Shown here piece by piece: positions 33,358-44,214 of a DNA stretch of 64,000 bases. This stretch comes from Nitrosopumilus sp. (GTDB taxonomy: Archaea > Thermoproteota > Nitrososphaeria > Nitrososphaerales > Nitrosopumilaceae). The DNA lies in contig OZ240211.1 in assembly GCA_965197525.1 (NCBI GenBank), forward strand, positions 1,664,001 to 1,728,000. The letters run 5' to 3'. The notes under the pieces were generated by a model. It searched no databases. It saw only the letters and a program-made list of their open reading frames with translations, and was not told the origin of the DNA. The number at the start of each line of letters is the position of its first letter. Position 1 is the stretch's first letter. Made by a program: the position numbers and the translations under genes.

Positions 33358-33930
33358 TGTGTACCATTTAACAGTACTTTACCAAACGGTGCAGGCCATC
33401 CTGGATCGCCTGAAGCATCAATGTAAAAATTACATGAATCCATGCAATGGAATCAAATGTGTTATAATAAAATCTTGGTATGTATGGGTAAATTCAACAG
33501 GACTACATATGTGAGTGTTTGAACCACAAGATTGCATTTCTAGAGACAAGAATGATTAGATTCCGATTTTAATAAAAGATAGATAGGAATATTGTAAGCA
33601 TTCCAATTACTTTCTACCGTGATTTATGATGTCTGTGATTATATCAACGATCCAGAGTTTTTGATGCCTTTTATGGAATCTGTAGGCGTACCTACATATC
33701 ATGTCAAGGCATCAAATATCCTTTATTTGACTCCGAAGTTTATGAGCATTTCTATAGGCTGTGAACCCACAACAGAACCTGATCTATATAGATCATCTCT
33801 AAATACTTGATATTACTAATGTATAGTAACGCGTGTTTTGGGTAACGCCCGGACTAACTCTAGATAATGGTTCAAGAATAAACCCATGATGGTGTTTACA
33901 GGTGAAAACCGGTAACACCACCCCTCTCCT

Positions 33931-35349
33931 TTAGATAAAATCAAACTTTGTAATCTCTTGATGAATTGCTTTGATTGCCGTGTTGATATTGTCCTGTGCA
34001 TCTTCTATAACAATAATTATTCTGGATGTCTCTTCTTGCGCATCCATATTCAGAATGTTTAGCTGCACCTCGCCAATCTTTGCACTGGTTCTAGATACTA
34101 CCTGTTTTACTCTCCACATCTCATCCCCAATCAATGTAATGACTCCGCGATTGTATGTAATTACAGCAAGTGGATCAAAGCTTAGAAGATACGACTCGTG
34201 TCTTTTGACGTAATCGCCATCCAGGAACAATATTCTGGAAAACTCGATATCGTCTTTGGTAAACGGTGATAAAATTATAAACTCACTGTAATGTTTCTCT
34301 GTCTTCAATGACGCCAATAATTTTTGAACAACGCTTGTCTCAATTCCAAATATCGCACAATTTGATTTTCCAGTAACTAGTTTTATTGGATGTCCGACGT
34401 TATCATCTAGTACCCTCTTTATCGTGGTTCTCTTCTCTGGCATCTTCATGTTTGTAATTGTTATCGGTACATCCACCCCGTTTTCTACCATCTCTTTTAT
34501 TGCAATGGGGTCTAGTATCTTCATTCCAAACATACCTGCAAGTCTTGCCTCGTTGTATGATAGCTCTTTGATCTCAGTCAGTCCTGATTTTACAACCTTT
34601 GGATCAGCTGATACCACCGTACTGTCCTTTTCAAAATCCACACTTGTTTTGTATCTTTTATGGAACAGTATTCCAAGATCCACTGCCGTCCTATCAGAAC
34701 CGCCGCGCTCGTATGTAGTTATCTGATTGTGTGCCGTCTTTCCAATAAACCCTCCAATGACAACTACATCGTATTCTTGTACCAGCTGCGCAGTCTTCTC
34801 TACTGCATTTTTTGACTCTAGTGGAAGGAAATTTGTAAATTCAATATTTTCATTGGTAATTATTGGCCAGTCATCAAAATCTACTGCATGTGATGCAATG
34901 TTGTTGCTCTTTAAGATATAGTTCATTACATGTGACATCAGCACCTCGCCTGAAAATGCCAATGCCTTTGAGCGTGTCTCGTCTGCAAACCTTCTTGATT
35001 CAAATGCCTCGTCTAGTGCCTGTTGTGCCTTTGCTAGATGACTCTTAATCGTATCTATGCAGTCTTGCTTGTTTTTGTCATTTACCATCTTGAGGATTAT
35101 CTGATAAGTTGACTTTACTGTGTCCAGTGATGGTTTAACGCCTTTTTCTGCTTTTCTGCCCTCCTCTAGTACCACATCAGTCAGTGAGCGTGTCTTTTGA
35201 TCATCACGGACTGTCAACGGTGCTGAGACGACTGCAACTACCTTTGAGTTGGTGCTCATACTGGTGATTCGTTCTATGATGTCAGGAATCGTTGCACCGT
35301 TGGAGCCTATTGCACTGCCGCCAAATTTGGTGATTATCAGGTTGTCCAT
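33931..35349 (-). CDS. Aspartate kinase
   Basis: TKFGGS, VVSAP, ERGGSD, SADPKVV and ACT-like C-terminus. Confidence 0.92.
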   Translation of the reverse strand: MDNLIITKFGGSAIGSNGATIPDIIERITSMSTNSKVVAVVSAPLTVRDDQKTRSLTDVVLEEGRKAEKGVKPSLDTVKSTYQIILKMVNDKNKQDCIDTIKSHLAKAQQALDEAFESRRFADETRSKALAFSGEVLMSHVMNYILKSNNIASHAVDFDDWPIITNENIEFTNFLPLESKNAVEKTAQLVQEYDVVVIGGFIGKTAHNQITTYERGGSDRTAVDLGILFHKRYKTSVDFEKDSTVVSADPKVVKSGLTEIKELSYNEARLAGMFGMKILDPIAIKEMVENGVDVPITITNMKMPEKRTTIKRVLDDNVGHPIKLVTGKSNCAIFGIETSVVQKLLASLKTEKHYSEFIILSPFTKDDIEFSRILFLDGDYVKRHESYLLSFDPLAVITYNRGVITLIGDEMWRVKQVVSRTSAKIGEVQLNILNMDAQEETSRIIIVIEDAQDNINTAIKAIHQEITKFDFI

Positions 35350-35392
35350 GATACCTTAAAAATTATCTGGCTATCTATTATTAACCATTTGA

Positions 35393-36427
35393 TTATGTCT
35401 CTGCGAATTTCTTGATAATATTTGCTGCAGTTGTTGTACCATCTGTATTTACAGGTGTTCGTCTCTCTTTTAGTTTCTCTGCAATCAACGTGTCTAACCT
35501 TTTGATATCCTCAAAGACAAATCCTCGGTCTTGTGCGTTATCTTCTTGCTCAAAATGACCTTTGATTGGGATAAAGATTGATGGCGTTCCATAAGCTGAT
35601 GCCTCATCCATCGTTGACTTTCCTGCAAGGGAGATTAGCAAGTCTGATGCCAAAATTAACTCGTGTAGATTCTCAACAAACCCCAAGTTTCTTACGTTTT
35701 TGAATTTTTGGTTTACCGCAGGTCCTGAAACTAGTACCGTGTCTATATCTTCTTCTTGGCTGATCTTTGCGATTGCTTTTAGCGCGGCATCAATTAAAAA
35801 GATGCCTGCATCTGTTCCTCCTACGGATATCAGTATGGTCTTTCTTTTAAATGAGAATCTCTCTCTGAGCTCGTCTCTTGTATGTCTTGTCTGTCTGACT
35901 ATAGGTCCTGTTCTTGTAATGTTGTCTTGGTTCTTACCATCCTCTGGAAGTATTACGATATCGCATTTTTTGATTATCCGCCGCATCGACTTGTTCATTT
36001 TTTTCTCAACCCAGGATGCAAGTCCCTTGGTAAAATGCGTCTCCAAGACATCAGTAATCAGTACGGTTGGAATCTTCATGTTTTGTGCAACACTCAGTGA
36101 TGCAAAGTCCTCGTCACTTATCACCACATCTGGTCTGTCATCCTCTAGTATCTTTTGTGCTATGTTTTTGCAGTCCCTGTAGTACTGATAGTATCTCCAC
36201 AGCCATTTTGCCGGGTTTTTGAGTGTGCCACCCTCGACTACAAACGAGGGCGGACTGTATACGTCATTTACCGTATAGTTTAGTTTTTTTAAAATCCTTG
36301 CAGCACTGCTCCCTGTTGTAAAATTAATTCTTGCATTTCTCAGATTTTCGACAATTGCAATATCTCGTGTAACGTGACCTAATCCTATGGGGCTGGAGAA
36401 AATGTCAATTGTCTTCTTCTTCTTCAT
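35393..36427 (-). CDS. GT-B glycosyltransferase (family 28-like)
   Basis: GLGHVTRD, SVGGT and AGKSTMDE...P...HFEQ motifs. Confidence 0.85.
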   Translation of the reverse strand: MKKKKTIDIFSSPIGLGHVTRDIAIVENLRNARINFTTGSSAARILKKLNYTVNDVYSPPSFVVEGGTLKNPAKWLWRYYQYYRDCKNIAQKILEDDRPDVVISDEDFASLSVAQNMKIPTVLITDVLETHFTKGLASWVEKKMNKSMRRIIKKCDIVILPEDGKNQDNITRTGPIVRQTRHTRDELRERFSFKRKTILISVGGTDAGIFLIDAALKAIAKISQEEDIDTVLVSGPAVNQKFKNVRNLGFVENLHELILASDLLISLAGKSTMDEASAYGTPSIFIPIKGHFEQEDNAQDRGFVFEDIKRLDTLIAEKLKERRTPVNTDGTTTAANIIKKFAET

Positions 36428-36506
36428 AATCTTCTTTTTATTTTATACCAGATTTGTAGATTCTCCTTTCTCAAAGTTTAAATTGATTTTGCGATTGGAT
36501 ATTTCC

Positions 36507-36581
36507 GGGCTCATAGTCCAGGTCGGTTATGACGTCGCCCTTACACGGCGAAGATCCGGGGTTCAAATCCCCGTGGGCCCA
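36507..36581 (+). tRNA. tRNA-Val(TAC); integration target
   Basis: GGGCTCA...TCGCC-CTTACAC-GGCGA...GGTTCAAATCC...TGGGCCC cloverleaf. Confidence 0.96.
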
Positions 36582-36631
36582 CTCCCACTCTGGGTTCAAG
36601 TCATTTTTTGACGGTCTCTAGGTTCTTTTTG

Positions 36632-36655
36632 GTCAGTTTTATAGTAAAAACTGAC
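36632..36655. other. Perfect inverted repeat GTCAGTTTT-N6-AAAACTGAC (also 49654-49677)
   Basis: Unchanged in both diverged copies. Confidence 0.7.
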
Positions 36656-36812
36656 GCATCCGAATGCTTTGCCACTTTGCTATCTAGCGAACAACTATCT
36701 TGCCTTCGCTGCCCTCCTTTGTTATGGTCGCAGATCTATTTCCAATCGTTTCTTTTGCCATGATTGCTCATAAAACAGTCGTTTATGGAATTTGTAATCC
36801 GGATGGATAGCC

Positions 36813-37901
36813 TCACATACACTGAAAATTCCTTATAACCATATACCCATGTGACTTGGCATTTTCATAATGCCTGTTTATGATTTTCTCAAATTCCTGA
36901 TCGAGTATGGTTAGTGATTTTTCTAACTTTGGTATCTCTGTTCGATAACTTTTATTTCGATCAATCAGCTTGTCAATGTATTTTCTTGGTGGCAACGCTC
37001 CAAGTTTTCTGCAATTACATTCCTTGCATGCCAGAGTCAGATTCCAAATATCATCCTCTTCAATATAGTCAAATGGTATCACGTGTTCTACCTCTGGCGT
37101 TGGCTTGTCGTATAACTGCTCTCCACAGTAAAAACACTCTTTGAACAACGGAAACAGCATTTTACGATACCTTGTAAGGGAACCCCTCTTTGTGTTCCTG
37201 CCTTCGGTCTTGGCGATTATCTTTGGAAGGCCCACATTGAGCTTTTCCAGAAACCTTGCCCACTCTAAAATCACTGATTTGAGAAGCCATTGATTGTATC
37301 GTTTGAAAAATTCCCTGGCTCTGGGATTCAGATTTATCCCATGCTCCAAGTCAACAGATTTCTTGTTGCTGTGAAACGTTCTATCAATTTTATACTCAAA
37401 GAACAATCTGGCCTCAGTAGCCCTAGTCACTTTAATCCTCTGAAATCTCCATGTCACATTATGAAAACAGTGTTTTTTGATCCGCATTACGCATTTTCGG
37501 ATTTTTTCAGGCTCTTTTCGGCGTATCTGCTTGAATGTCTGTGGATAGTACGCCTTGTCGAATTCTTTTTCTATAATTTTGACAATCATGGGCTTTTTTG
37601 TGGCCTGTAGGGCGTGCTTTATCTTTTTCTTGCATATCTGGGTCCAATAATATTCTAAAAAATACCCGGCAATGGTATCAAAGCTGACATGCGTCTCTGT
37701 GTGCTCTCTGGAATAGTCCAAAAGAAACCTTGCAAATGCAAACTTGTAGGTATTGTCTTTAGAACTACGACTGATTATGTTGAAAAACACCTTTTCAAAC
37801 TCATCATCAGAGATGTCATCAAACCTAATATCCTTGACCATGCTATCTTGTGATAGGATTGGTCGTATATGAAAATATGGCAATGCGAGGGTTCCATCCA
37901 T
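36813..37901 (-). CDS. HNH endonuclease with a large N-terminal domain (copy 1)
   Basis: CFYCG...VEHVIPF...WNLTLACKECNCRK; N-terminal SKDNTYKFA motif. Confidence 0.88.
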   Translation of the reverse strand: MDGTLALPYFHIRPILSQDSMVKDIRFDDISDDEFEKVFFNIISRSSKDNTYKFAFARFLLDYSREHTETHVSFDTIAGYFLEYYWTQICKKKIKHALQATKKPMIVKIIEKEFDKAYYPQTFKQIRRKEPEKIRKCVMRIKKHCFHNVTWRFQRIKVTRATEARLFFEYKIDRTFHSNKKSVDLEHGINLNPRAREFFKRYNQWLLKSVILEWARFLEKLNVGLPKIIAKTEGRNTKRGSLTRYRKMLFPLFKECFYCGEQLYDKPTPEVEHVIPFDYIEEDDIWNLTLACKECNCRKLGALPPRKYIDKLIDRNKSYRTEIPKLEKSLTILDQEFEKIINRHYENAKSHGYMVIRNFQCM

Positions 37902-38061
37902 GTTTTTCTGAATTATTTTGCAGGTAGCTCAATCTCGAGTATTTTTGATTGGATATCTAATCTAAACACTAAATCGTCAAATGTTCTAGAATGTACATGT
38001 CTGCCCAAATCGTAACCGGATCAAAATAGGTTCGTACAAGGATTAGAACTCTGGCTTGATA

Positions 38062-38130
38062 CTATAATATCGTAGAATCGCCGCAGTTGACTGTTTGTAC
38101 ATTGTTGTGCCATTTTTTATGATATGATTC
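38062..38130 (-). pseudogene. 3' stub of the MBL hydrolase gene, cut by IS3
   Basis: Encodes ..HKKWHNNVQTVNCGDSTIL*, matching the end of 51088-52584. Confidence 0.85.
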
Positions 38131-39370
38131 TGATCTGGACCCTCTTTTTGGTACCACTTTCTGCATACTTTTCCGTATGATTCTATCCCTCATTTATTCC
38201 CACCCTCCAATTTGAGAACGAATTCATTGGGAGTGAGATATCCCAATGCGGAGTGAATCCTGTCCTTGTTGTAATCTACAAATGCTTTTGCTAAAACGAC
38301 CTCTGCGTCTTGGAAGCGTGCAAACTCGTGCGGCCAGACATATTCCCTCTTGAGTGTTTCATGGAATGACTCCACATGTCCGTTTTGCTCTGGAGTATTC
38401 TTCCAGATAAACTCGTGTCTTATTCCTAGTGTCTGCATGGATTTCTTGAATTCATGACTGCTGTACTGCGTACCGTTGTCAGTTCTAAGCCTTAGATGTG
38501 AGATATCTTTTACAGACGATACTGCCTTTAGCACAGATTGAACGGCTGTGTGTGCCGTAGCTGCAGCATCAAAGATGTATGATATCCATTCCCTGGTAAA
38601 CACATCTATGACGTTAAAGCAGTAACACCATCCGTCCATGCCGCAATGGATGTATGTCATGTCGGTCTCCCAAAGCTGGTTGGGTGCGTCAGGCTTGAAC
38701 TTTCTGCGTCTTGATGTACGAATTATGTCGTTTTTACTATTTTGAGGCTTATTCCAGCCTATTTTTCTATATATGCGCTGTATTTTTTTACGATTTGTAG
38801 GATGCTCGTCTCTCTTGCAACCTGTGCTGCCATGCGTCTGGTTCCGTACGTGGGCCACTTGGAGGATATCTTTCTTACCTTGTCTGTGACCTCTGCATTT
38901 ATCAGAACATCTCTTGGTTTTTTAGTATAATACCAAGCGTGTTTGGACATTCCGCAATACTGCAAGGCTTTGTTTAGACTCATCTCTTTGCTTGTTTCAC
39001 GTACTGCCTGCATCCTCATCGCTTTGTCCCCTCCAAAGTTTTTTTTTAAAACGTCGTTGGCTACGGTGATCTCACTGATTATACGCTTGAGATTCTCTAC
39101 CTCTTTTGCGTGATTTTTGGTCTTGCTTCCTTTGTTTAGGATGGCCTCCTTGCCTCCCTGCAGAAACTTGTCTTTCCAGTCTTGGAATGTGGTTGGAGAT
39201 ATGTTGTGTTTGCGACACAGCTCGGCAGCAGATATACTGGTATTGATAAATTCCATTACGATTATTGCCTTGTCTTGAGGGTTACGCTTCTTGTTCATAC
39301 CATTCCTCTAATCTCCTGCTCCAAAAAGTATACGGATTTGATCGGTTTCATTATAGAGGGGTCCGCACCA
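38131..39370 (-). mobile_element. IS3-family element (1240 bp), frameshifted
   Basis: Terminal IRs TGATCTGGACCCTCT / TGGTGCGGACCCCCT; OrfA HTH; OrfB rve motifs (WETDMTYI, TDNGTQY, NGHVESF). Confidence 0.92.
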
Positions 39371-39450
39371 ATCTGAATTTGGATCAGTACAAATGGACGA
39401 CATAATGACTGTACTTAAATTCGTGCAGACATGTACATCAGCGTACGGTC

Positions 39451-40059
39451 ATGAACGTGCGTAGCCAACACCAACTGCACACATATAACACATCATGCAA
39501 GTTAGATTGTATACCTACACTTACAAGAATTGGAATACCGCGCGATCTATTAGTGCATGTTAGTGAATATGCGGCAAAACTAGATGTGTCACCTGCTGAA
39601 GCGATAAAACGGTTTGCCTTGGTAGGAGATATGGCCAAAACGAGGTATGAAGAATTACGGCGGTCAATCATCATGTATGATTCAGAAAACCATGAAGGTG
39701 TAAATAACGATGAGCACACCCTGCACGTGACTACGTACAATATACTGGGTTTGATCTTCAAGGAATTTGAGAATTTTGACTGGACAGAATCGTTATCGTT
39801 TGACGTTGAGTTTGAACACGTCGTGAATATTAGGTTTGAACAGATCGCCAAGGAAGAGAAAGATGACCTGAAGAACGTGGTTGCCTTAAGAATGTATGTT
39901 GGGTGGTCACTTATAACGAAATGCTCCGAAATACAAAGCGAACACGCACTTGCCAAACCAAGAGACATGATTGAAGAACGCCTAGCTAAATTTGTAGAGT
40001 ACTGTATTAAGCACATCGTTGAACCCTGTATGGGTGAACCAGGCACACGATCCAGCTAG
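39451..40059 (+). CDS. Hypothetical protein
   Basis: 202-aa ORF; start uncertain. Confidence 0.55.
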   Translation: MNVRSQHQLHTYNTSCKLDCIPTLTRIGIPRDLLVHVSEYAAKLDVSPAEAIKRFALVGDMAKTRYEELRRSIIMYDSENHEGVNNDEHTLHVTTYNILGLIFKEFENFDWTESLSFDVEFEHVVNIRFEQIAKEEKDDLKNVVALRMYVGWSLITKCSEIQSEHALAKPRDMIEERLAKFVEYCIKHIVEPCMGEPGTRSS

Positions 40060-40169
40060 ATTTACCAACAGAACTACGTTCCTGATGTGCATAAATTCGG
40101 AATCTAAAACTGACGTCGGCAGCCGTTCCATTCTAAGAAAGGTGCTGAACGATTATGCCGAATTCAAAT

Positions 40170-40335
40170 CTTTAGCAATATTTTACAATTCATGGCGGGA
40201 GTACAAACAAGAAAAACTAATGTGTGGACAACACCCAGAGGTCCATCCTGATAACCATGCTAAACCGCACAACGCATCAGATGAGCAGACACCTAGTGAA
40301 AAACACGGAATGGAGGTAAACGGATGGCAAATTGA
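40170..40335 (+). pseudogene. Possible DDE integrase/IS6-like C-terminal remnant
   Basis: IFYNS...NHAKPH...TPSEKHGMEVNG resembles the YN..RPH....TP.E..G end of thaumarchaeal transposases. Confidence 0.4.
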
Positions 40336-40363
40336 CTACGTTGGTTCAAAATGCCAGCAACGG

Positions 40364-40693
40364 TCAGGTAGATGTAACATCATAATAATAACAAAGTATT
40401 GCAAGCTGATCAAAATCTTTTTTGAATTTTTCTATATGTTTTGGAATCTGTTTTTTTACTTTTGTTTCAAACTTTCGTTTTGGTATAAAGATCGAATATT
40501 CTAAATTCACATCTCTGAACACAAACCCTTCATCTTCCCAGTAACCCTCTGATGGACTATCAACAGATAGTCCGCCATAGTTAAATATGAAGAAGTTTTT
40601 TACTTCTATTATTTTTTTGTCGGAAATACTCGTACCGTCATTATAAAATTTTGGTAACTTGTAATGAAGTTTAACCTTCTTGATTAATCTCAT
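40364..40693 (-). CDS. Hypothetical protein (LPKFYNDG...YGG...GYW...D motif)
   Basis: Coupled to the upstream 68-aa ORF by an ATGA overlap. Confidence 0.7.
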   Translation of the reverse strand: MRLIKKVKLHYKLPKFYNDGTSISDKKIIEVKNFFIFNYGGLSVDSPSEGYWEDEGFVFRDVNLEYSIFIPKRKFETKVKKQIPKHIEKFKKDFDQLAILCYYYDVTST

Positions 40694-40896
40694 TGTATCT
40701 TTTGATATGGAATGTTTTTTTTAGTGAGTAAAGTGCACTGTTTCTCAGTAATAAAATATTCATCCATTGAAATGGCTTTGAAGTGTTGACTGGTAGATAG
40801 CAAAACATTCAGCATCTTTGCTTCATCTTTGGAAGATACTTTGATCTTTCTATACTTTAATACGGTATTCATGTTTAACGATTCATCGAACATCAT
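40690..40896 (-). CDS. Small hypothetical protein
   Basis: Forms a pair with 40364-40693. Confidence 0.6.
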   Translation of the reverse strand: MMFDESLNMNTVLKYRKIKVSSKDEAKMLNVLLSTSQHFKAISMDEYFITEKQCTLLTKKNIPYQKIQ

Positions 40897-41078
40897 TATA
40901 ACAATTACGATCCATGAGTTAAACGTGGTTTTTCATGATTTTTTTGTTTGGCGATCAATGCAGAACCGGACGTTGTACGGGATTTCATGCCTGGATGCGA
41001 CTGGAATTACGAGATGATTGACACTGTTGACATTATAATTTATTTCAAGCAAGATTTCGAAAAGTAGGAAATAAAAAC

Positions 41079-41918
41079 TTAGTTGTTCTTTTTTAATCTA
41101 GCAAGCAAATCTATAGTTGCTAAATAACAATAAAACATCCAATAGTAATACACCCCACTATTATAATCTGTTTGCTGTTCATTATTGTGATGCCGTATAC
41201 CAAAATTATTAGCGATTTCAAAAAGTCTTCGTTCTTCATTATTTGGAATATATGATTTTAGATCTTTTCTTAATAGCTCTAACACATCTGCCAGATTCTT
41301 TAATGCGTCACGTTTTTCATTTAATGTTGAATTACCTTTCAAGAATAGTGAGCATGCATGATCTATTCTGCTATCAATTGTTTTAGGAGAGTTATACGGA
41401 GTTGGATTTCGTACTAAATTTTCTAATCCCTTTGATGATGGTAATTCTTCAATATTACCTTCAGCAGTTAGAGTGTATGGTATTTCAAGATGTGGTAGAT
41501 GTTTGTTAAACTCTTCTCTCCATTCACATTTTCCAAAATCGTAATCTGCTTCGTTACCAACATGGATGCCACAATTATTATATTCATGATATGACGATTG
41601 TACAGGTTTGGCTATATGATCATATAAGAACTCGATTAAATCAAATAATGAAAACAAATCTGTATATTTGAAATTGTTGGTTGTAGGAATTAGTGATTCT
41701 CCTCTGTTGCCAAAAGTTATCACTAATTGATCTTTCATACTTAGAGATATGATTCCTGGAACAAATCCAGCATCTACGCAATCATAACCAAACTAGTGTT
41801 GAAAATAACCATCTTGTTGAAATTTGTCATATTGAATTCTGATAATTTTTCTGAAATGTTCTAATGAAATTGAATTCGGGAGTTGGTTTTGTCTATCTGA
41901 AAAATATCTGCGTTTCAC
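41079..41918 (-). pseudogene. AbiJ-like protein with a putative C-terminal HEPN domain; in-frame TAG at 41793-41795
   Basis: Track ORFs 41793-41993 and 41079-41738 are in one frame: RRYFSDR...GYFQH*FGYDCVDAG...LFEIANNFGIRHHN. Confidence 0.65.
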
Positions 41919-42370
41919 GAATATATCCTTTTTATGTAATATTTGTTTTTTAGGAATAAACCAGATCCCGTTAAAATGGAACCGACCGGACACGCATCAA
42001 TATAGTTCTTTTTTCGGTTCCATTACGCCAACGATGGCGGTGTCAAAAGGCAGAGTGGTGTTGACTGCTTGGAGGGCCTGACAGGCCATATACTAACCGT
42101 AGATAAACATCTGATCCTATTCACAAGCGCAGACAGGTACAATTACAACTTTGTAATTAATAGCAAGCCCAAGGGTGGAACGTACCAAATCCGGCCCGGC
42201 TGTGCGGCATTTTCAGGTTCCATGACATCAATGATGGCAGTGTAGGTAGGGCAAAATGATGTCAACTGTCTGGGGCTCTGACAGGTCACCTGCGCAGCTT
42301 TGTAGACAGTGCTGGATGTTGTATACGCAAACTATTCTTTAAAAAGGTATTTTCATTCGTTTACTGTGCT

Positions 42371-42565
42371 TCATTTCAGTGTGTAGTCATACCGATCAAA
42401 ATGAACACCATATTCATTAAAAATCTCTTTCGCTCTTTCTTCAATATCTTCCCAAACCTTGGCATCGTCTTCGCATTGATGAGTCAGAACGCCATTATAC
42501 TTTTTCAGATTCTGGATTTTCCCTATAAATCCAATACTATCATGCGCGCATTCATAACACATCAT
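42371..42565 (-). CDS. Small hypothetical protein
   Basis: 64-aa ORF with CxxC, downstream of the PRTase. Confidence 0.45.
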   Translation of the reverse strand: MMCYECAHDSIGFIGKIQNLKKYNGVLTHQCEDDAKVWEDIEERAKEIFNEYGVHFDRYDYTLK

Positions 42566-42665
42566 ATCAGACTATCAAAAGCAGGTTGTTATGGAAAAAT
42601 ATTACACTAATTTTTCATCCTTGGCATAGATCTCTAATTTTAGAACCAAATGAGAGCAAACTTCA

Positions 42666-43319
42666 TTATTCCACGCAATCATTGAATGAATCCCCATTAA
42701 TAAGATGGATTGTACCTATACATGGATCATAAATTTTTCTAAAGTCTTCTGGTCTGCTTATTGTCTTTATTCCTGCAAATGCACGAATGTTAGCATTTGG
42801 AAATGCATCTATCAGTCGATTTGCAGCTCCGATGAATGTAGATCCTCTTGTTATAAAATCGTCTATAAGCAAGATTTCATCCGGTTCAGAAAGTTCTTTT
42901 TGAACTACCATTGTATCATAATGCTCTTGAGCTTTTGGCCTATTTGCACTCGAACTGGTATGAGATTTTCGTAAAGGTTTTATCCGTTCAAGACATGAAC
43001 TAACTTTTTTTCCCAGACCGTTATTTACTAGAGCAGTTGCCAAGCGTTGTGGAACCCAAAGTGTATTTGCTTTAGTGAGAGAACTGTTCGGAGTCGGAAT
43101 AAGAATCGGATCGGTGTTAAAGAAATGAGCAAAAGGAAGTCTTTCCAAATTATTCTTAATTCCTTGTGCTATGTACTCAGTCATCAGAATGTTGTCTTTT
43201 TCCAAATATTCGTCAGTCTTCAATTTTGCTTTGAATGTCCTTGAACGAGCCTCTTCGTCTGTAGTTCCGCGAGGGGAATATGTTAGAAGAGACCCAAATT
43301 CAATATTAGAAATTTTCAT
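42666..43319 (-). CDS. Phosphoribosyltransferase-fold protein (ShosT/ComF-like)
   Basis: LIPTPNS and ILLIDDFITRGST PRPP-binding loop. Confidence 0.85.
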   Translation of the reverse strand: MKISNIEFGSLLTYSPRGTTDEEARSRTFKAKLKTDEYLEKDNILMTEYIAQGIKNNLERLPFAHFFNTDPILIPTPNSSLTKANTLWVPQRLATALVNNGLGKKVSSCLERIKPLRKSHTSSSANRPKAQEHYDTMVVQKELSEPDEILLIDDFITRGSTFIGAANRLIDAFPNANIRAFAGIKTISRPEDFRKIYDPCIGTIHLINGDSFNDCVE

Positions 43320-43330
43320 AGCTATTATTA

Positions 43331-44029
43331 TTAAAATACATCAATTACCTCGAACTGTGTTGGCAATACTTCAAGAATGTCAAACGGATTGGATAGTTCT
43401 ATTGCTCCGTGTTCAATCATTTCTGTTGGCCACTCCAATTCTTCATTATTCACAACAGATTTCCAAATGAATAACGGTCTTCCCATTCTAAGAGTTTCCC
43501 ATCCTTGATGTTTTGAACCACTTGTTTTTCCAGCTTCTACAATTACAGAAGCGTCAGAAATAAGTGCCATTGTTCTGTTTCGTATCACAAAATTTTTTCT
43601 AGTAATTGGGTAGCCGGTTGGAAATTGTGAAACTACAAGATGATTTTTCATTAATTCTTGTTGAAGCTCATAATTTATTTTTGGATATGTTTTGTCTAAT
43701 GGTGTACCTATTACAGCAATAGTTTTTCCATTCATGTTTAATGCTGTTACGTGTGCAGCAGTATCGATCCCTTCAGCCAGTCCACTAACAATAGTTACTT
43801 TATTTTCAACCAGCGTCTTTGTAATTTTTTGAGTATTCTCAATGCCTTGTGGGGACGCTTTTCTGGAACCAATGACTGACACTTTCGGGCACGGGAGCGG
43901 AATTTTCAAAGAACCCTGTACAAATAGTGACTCTGGATCAGCTTTTGATTCAATATCATTAAGTGCACGGCCTAGAAGTTTTGCAGCAGTTATTGACAAA
44001 TATTCTCTTCTCTCAAGCATTACTATCAC
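43331..44029 (-). CDS. DprA/Smf Rossmann-fold protein (ShosA-like)
   Basis: VIGSR, VSGLAEGIDTAAH, F..RNR and VEAG..SGS motifs. Confidence 0.92.
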   Translation of the reverse strand: MIVMLERREYLSITAAKLLGRALNDIESKADPESLFVQGSLKIPLPCPKVSVIGSRKASPQGIENTQKITKTLVENKVTIVSGLAEGIDTAAHVTALNMNGKTIAVIGTPLDKTYPKINYELQQELMKNHLVVSQFPTGYPITRKNFVIRNRTMALISDASVIVEAGKTSGSKHQGWETLRMGRPLFIWKSVVNNEELEWPTEMIEHGAIELSNPFDILEVLPTQFEVIDVF

Positions 44030-44214
44030 ATCTTACAATATCTAATCTTTTTAGTACTTTCATGATCTTGTATTGAACTGTACATAATATATAATAAATT
44101 TGTCTAATTAGATAAGATATGCCAATTTTTGGAAATATTGAATCGTAGGAAAAGGAATAATTCAATGAAAAATAAATAGTGTTATGGGTATTTTGTATAG
44201 TTTTAGATTGAATG

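Larger units (their letters stand above)
36556..38130. repeat. Copy 1 of a diverged ~1.58-kb duplication
   Basis: Collinear with 49579-51156 from the tRNA 3' end to the MBL C-terminus. Confidence 0.95.
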
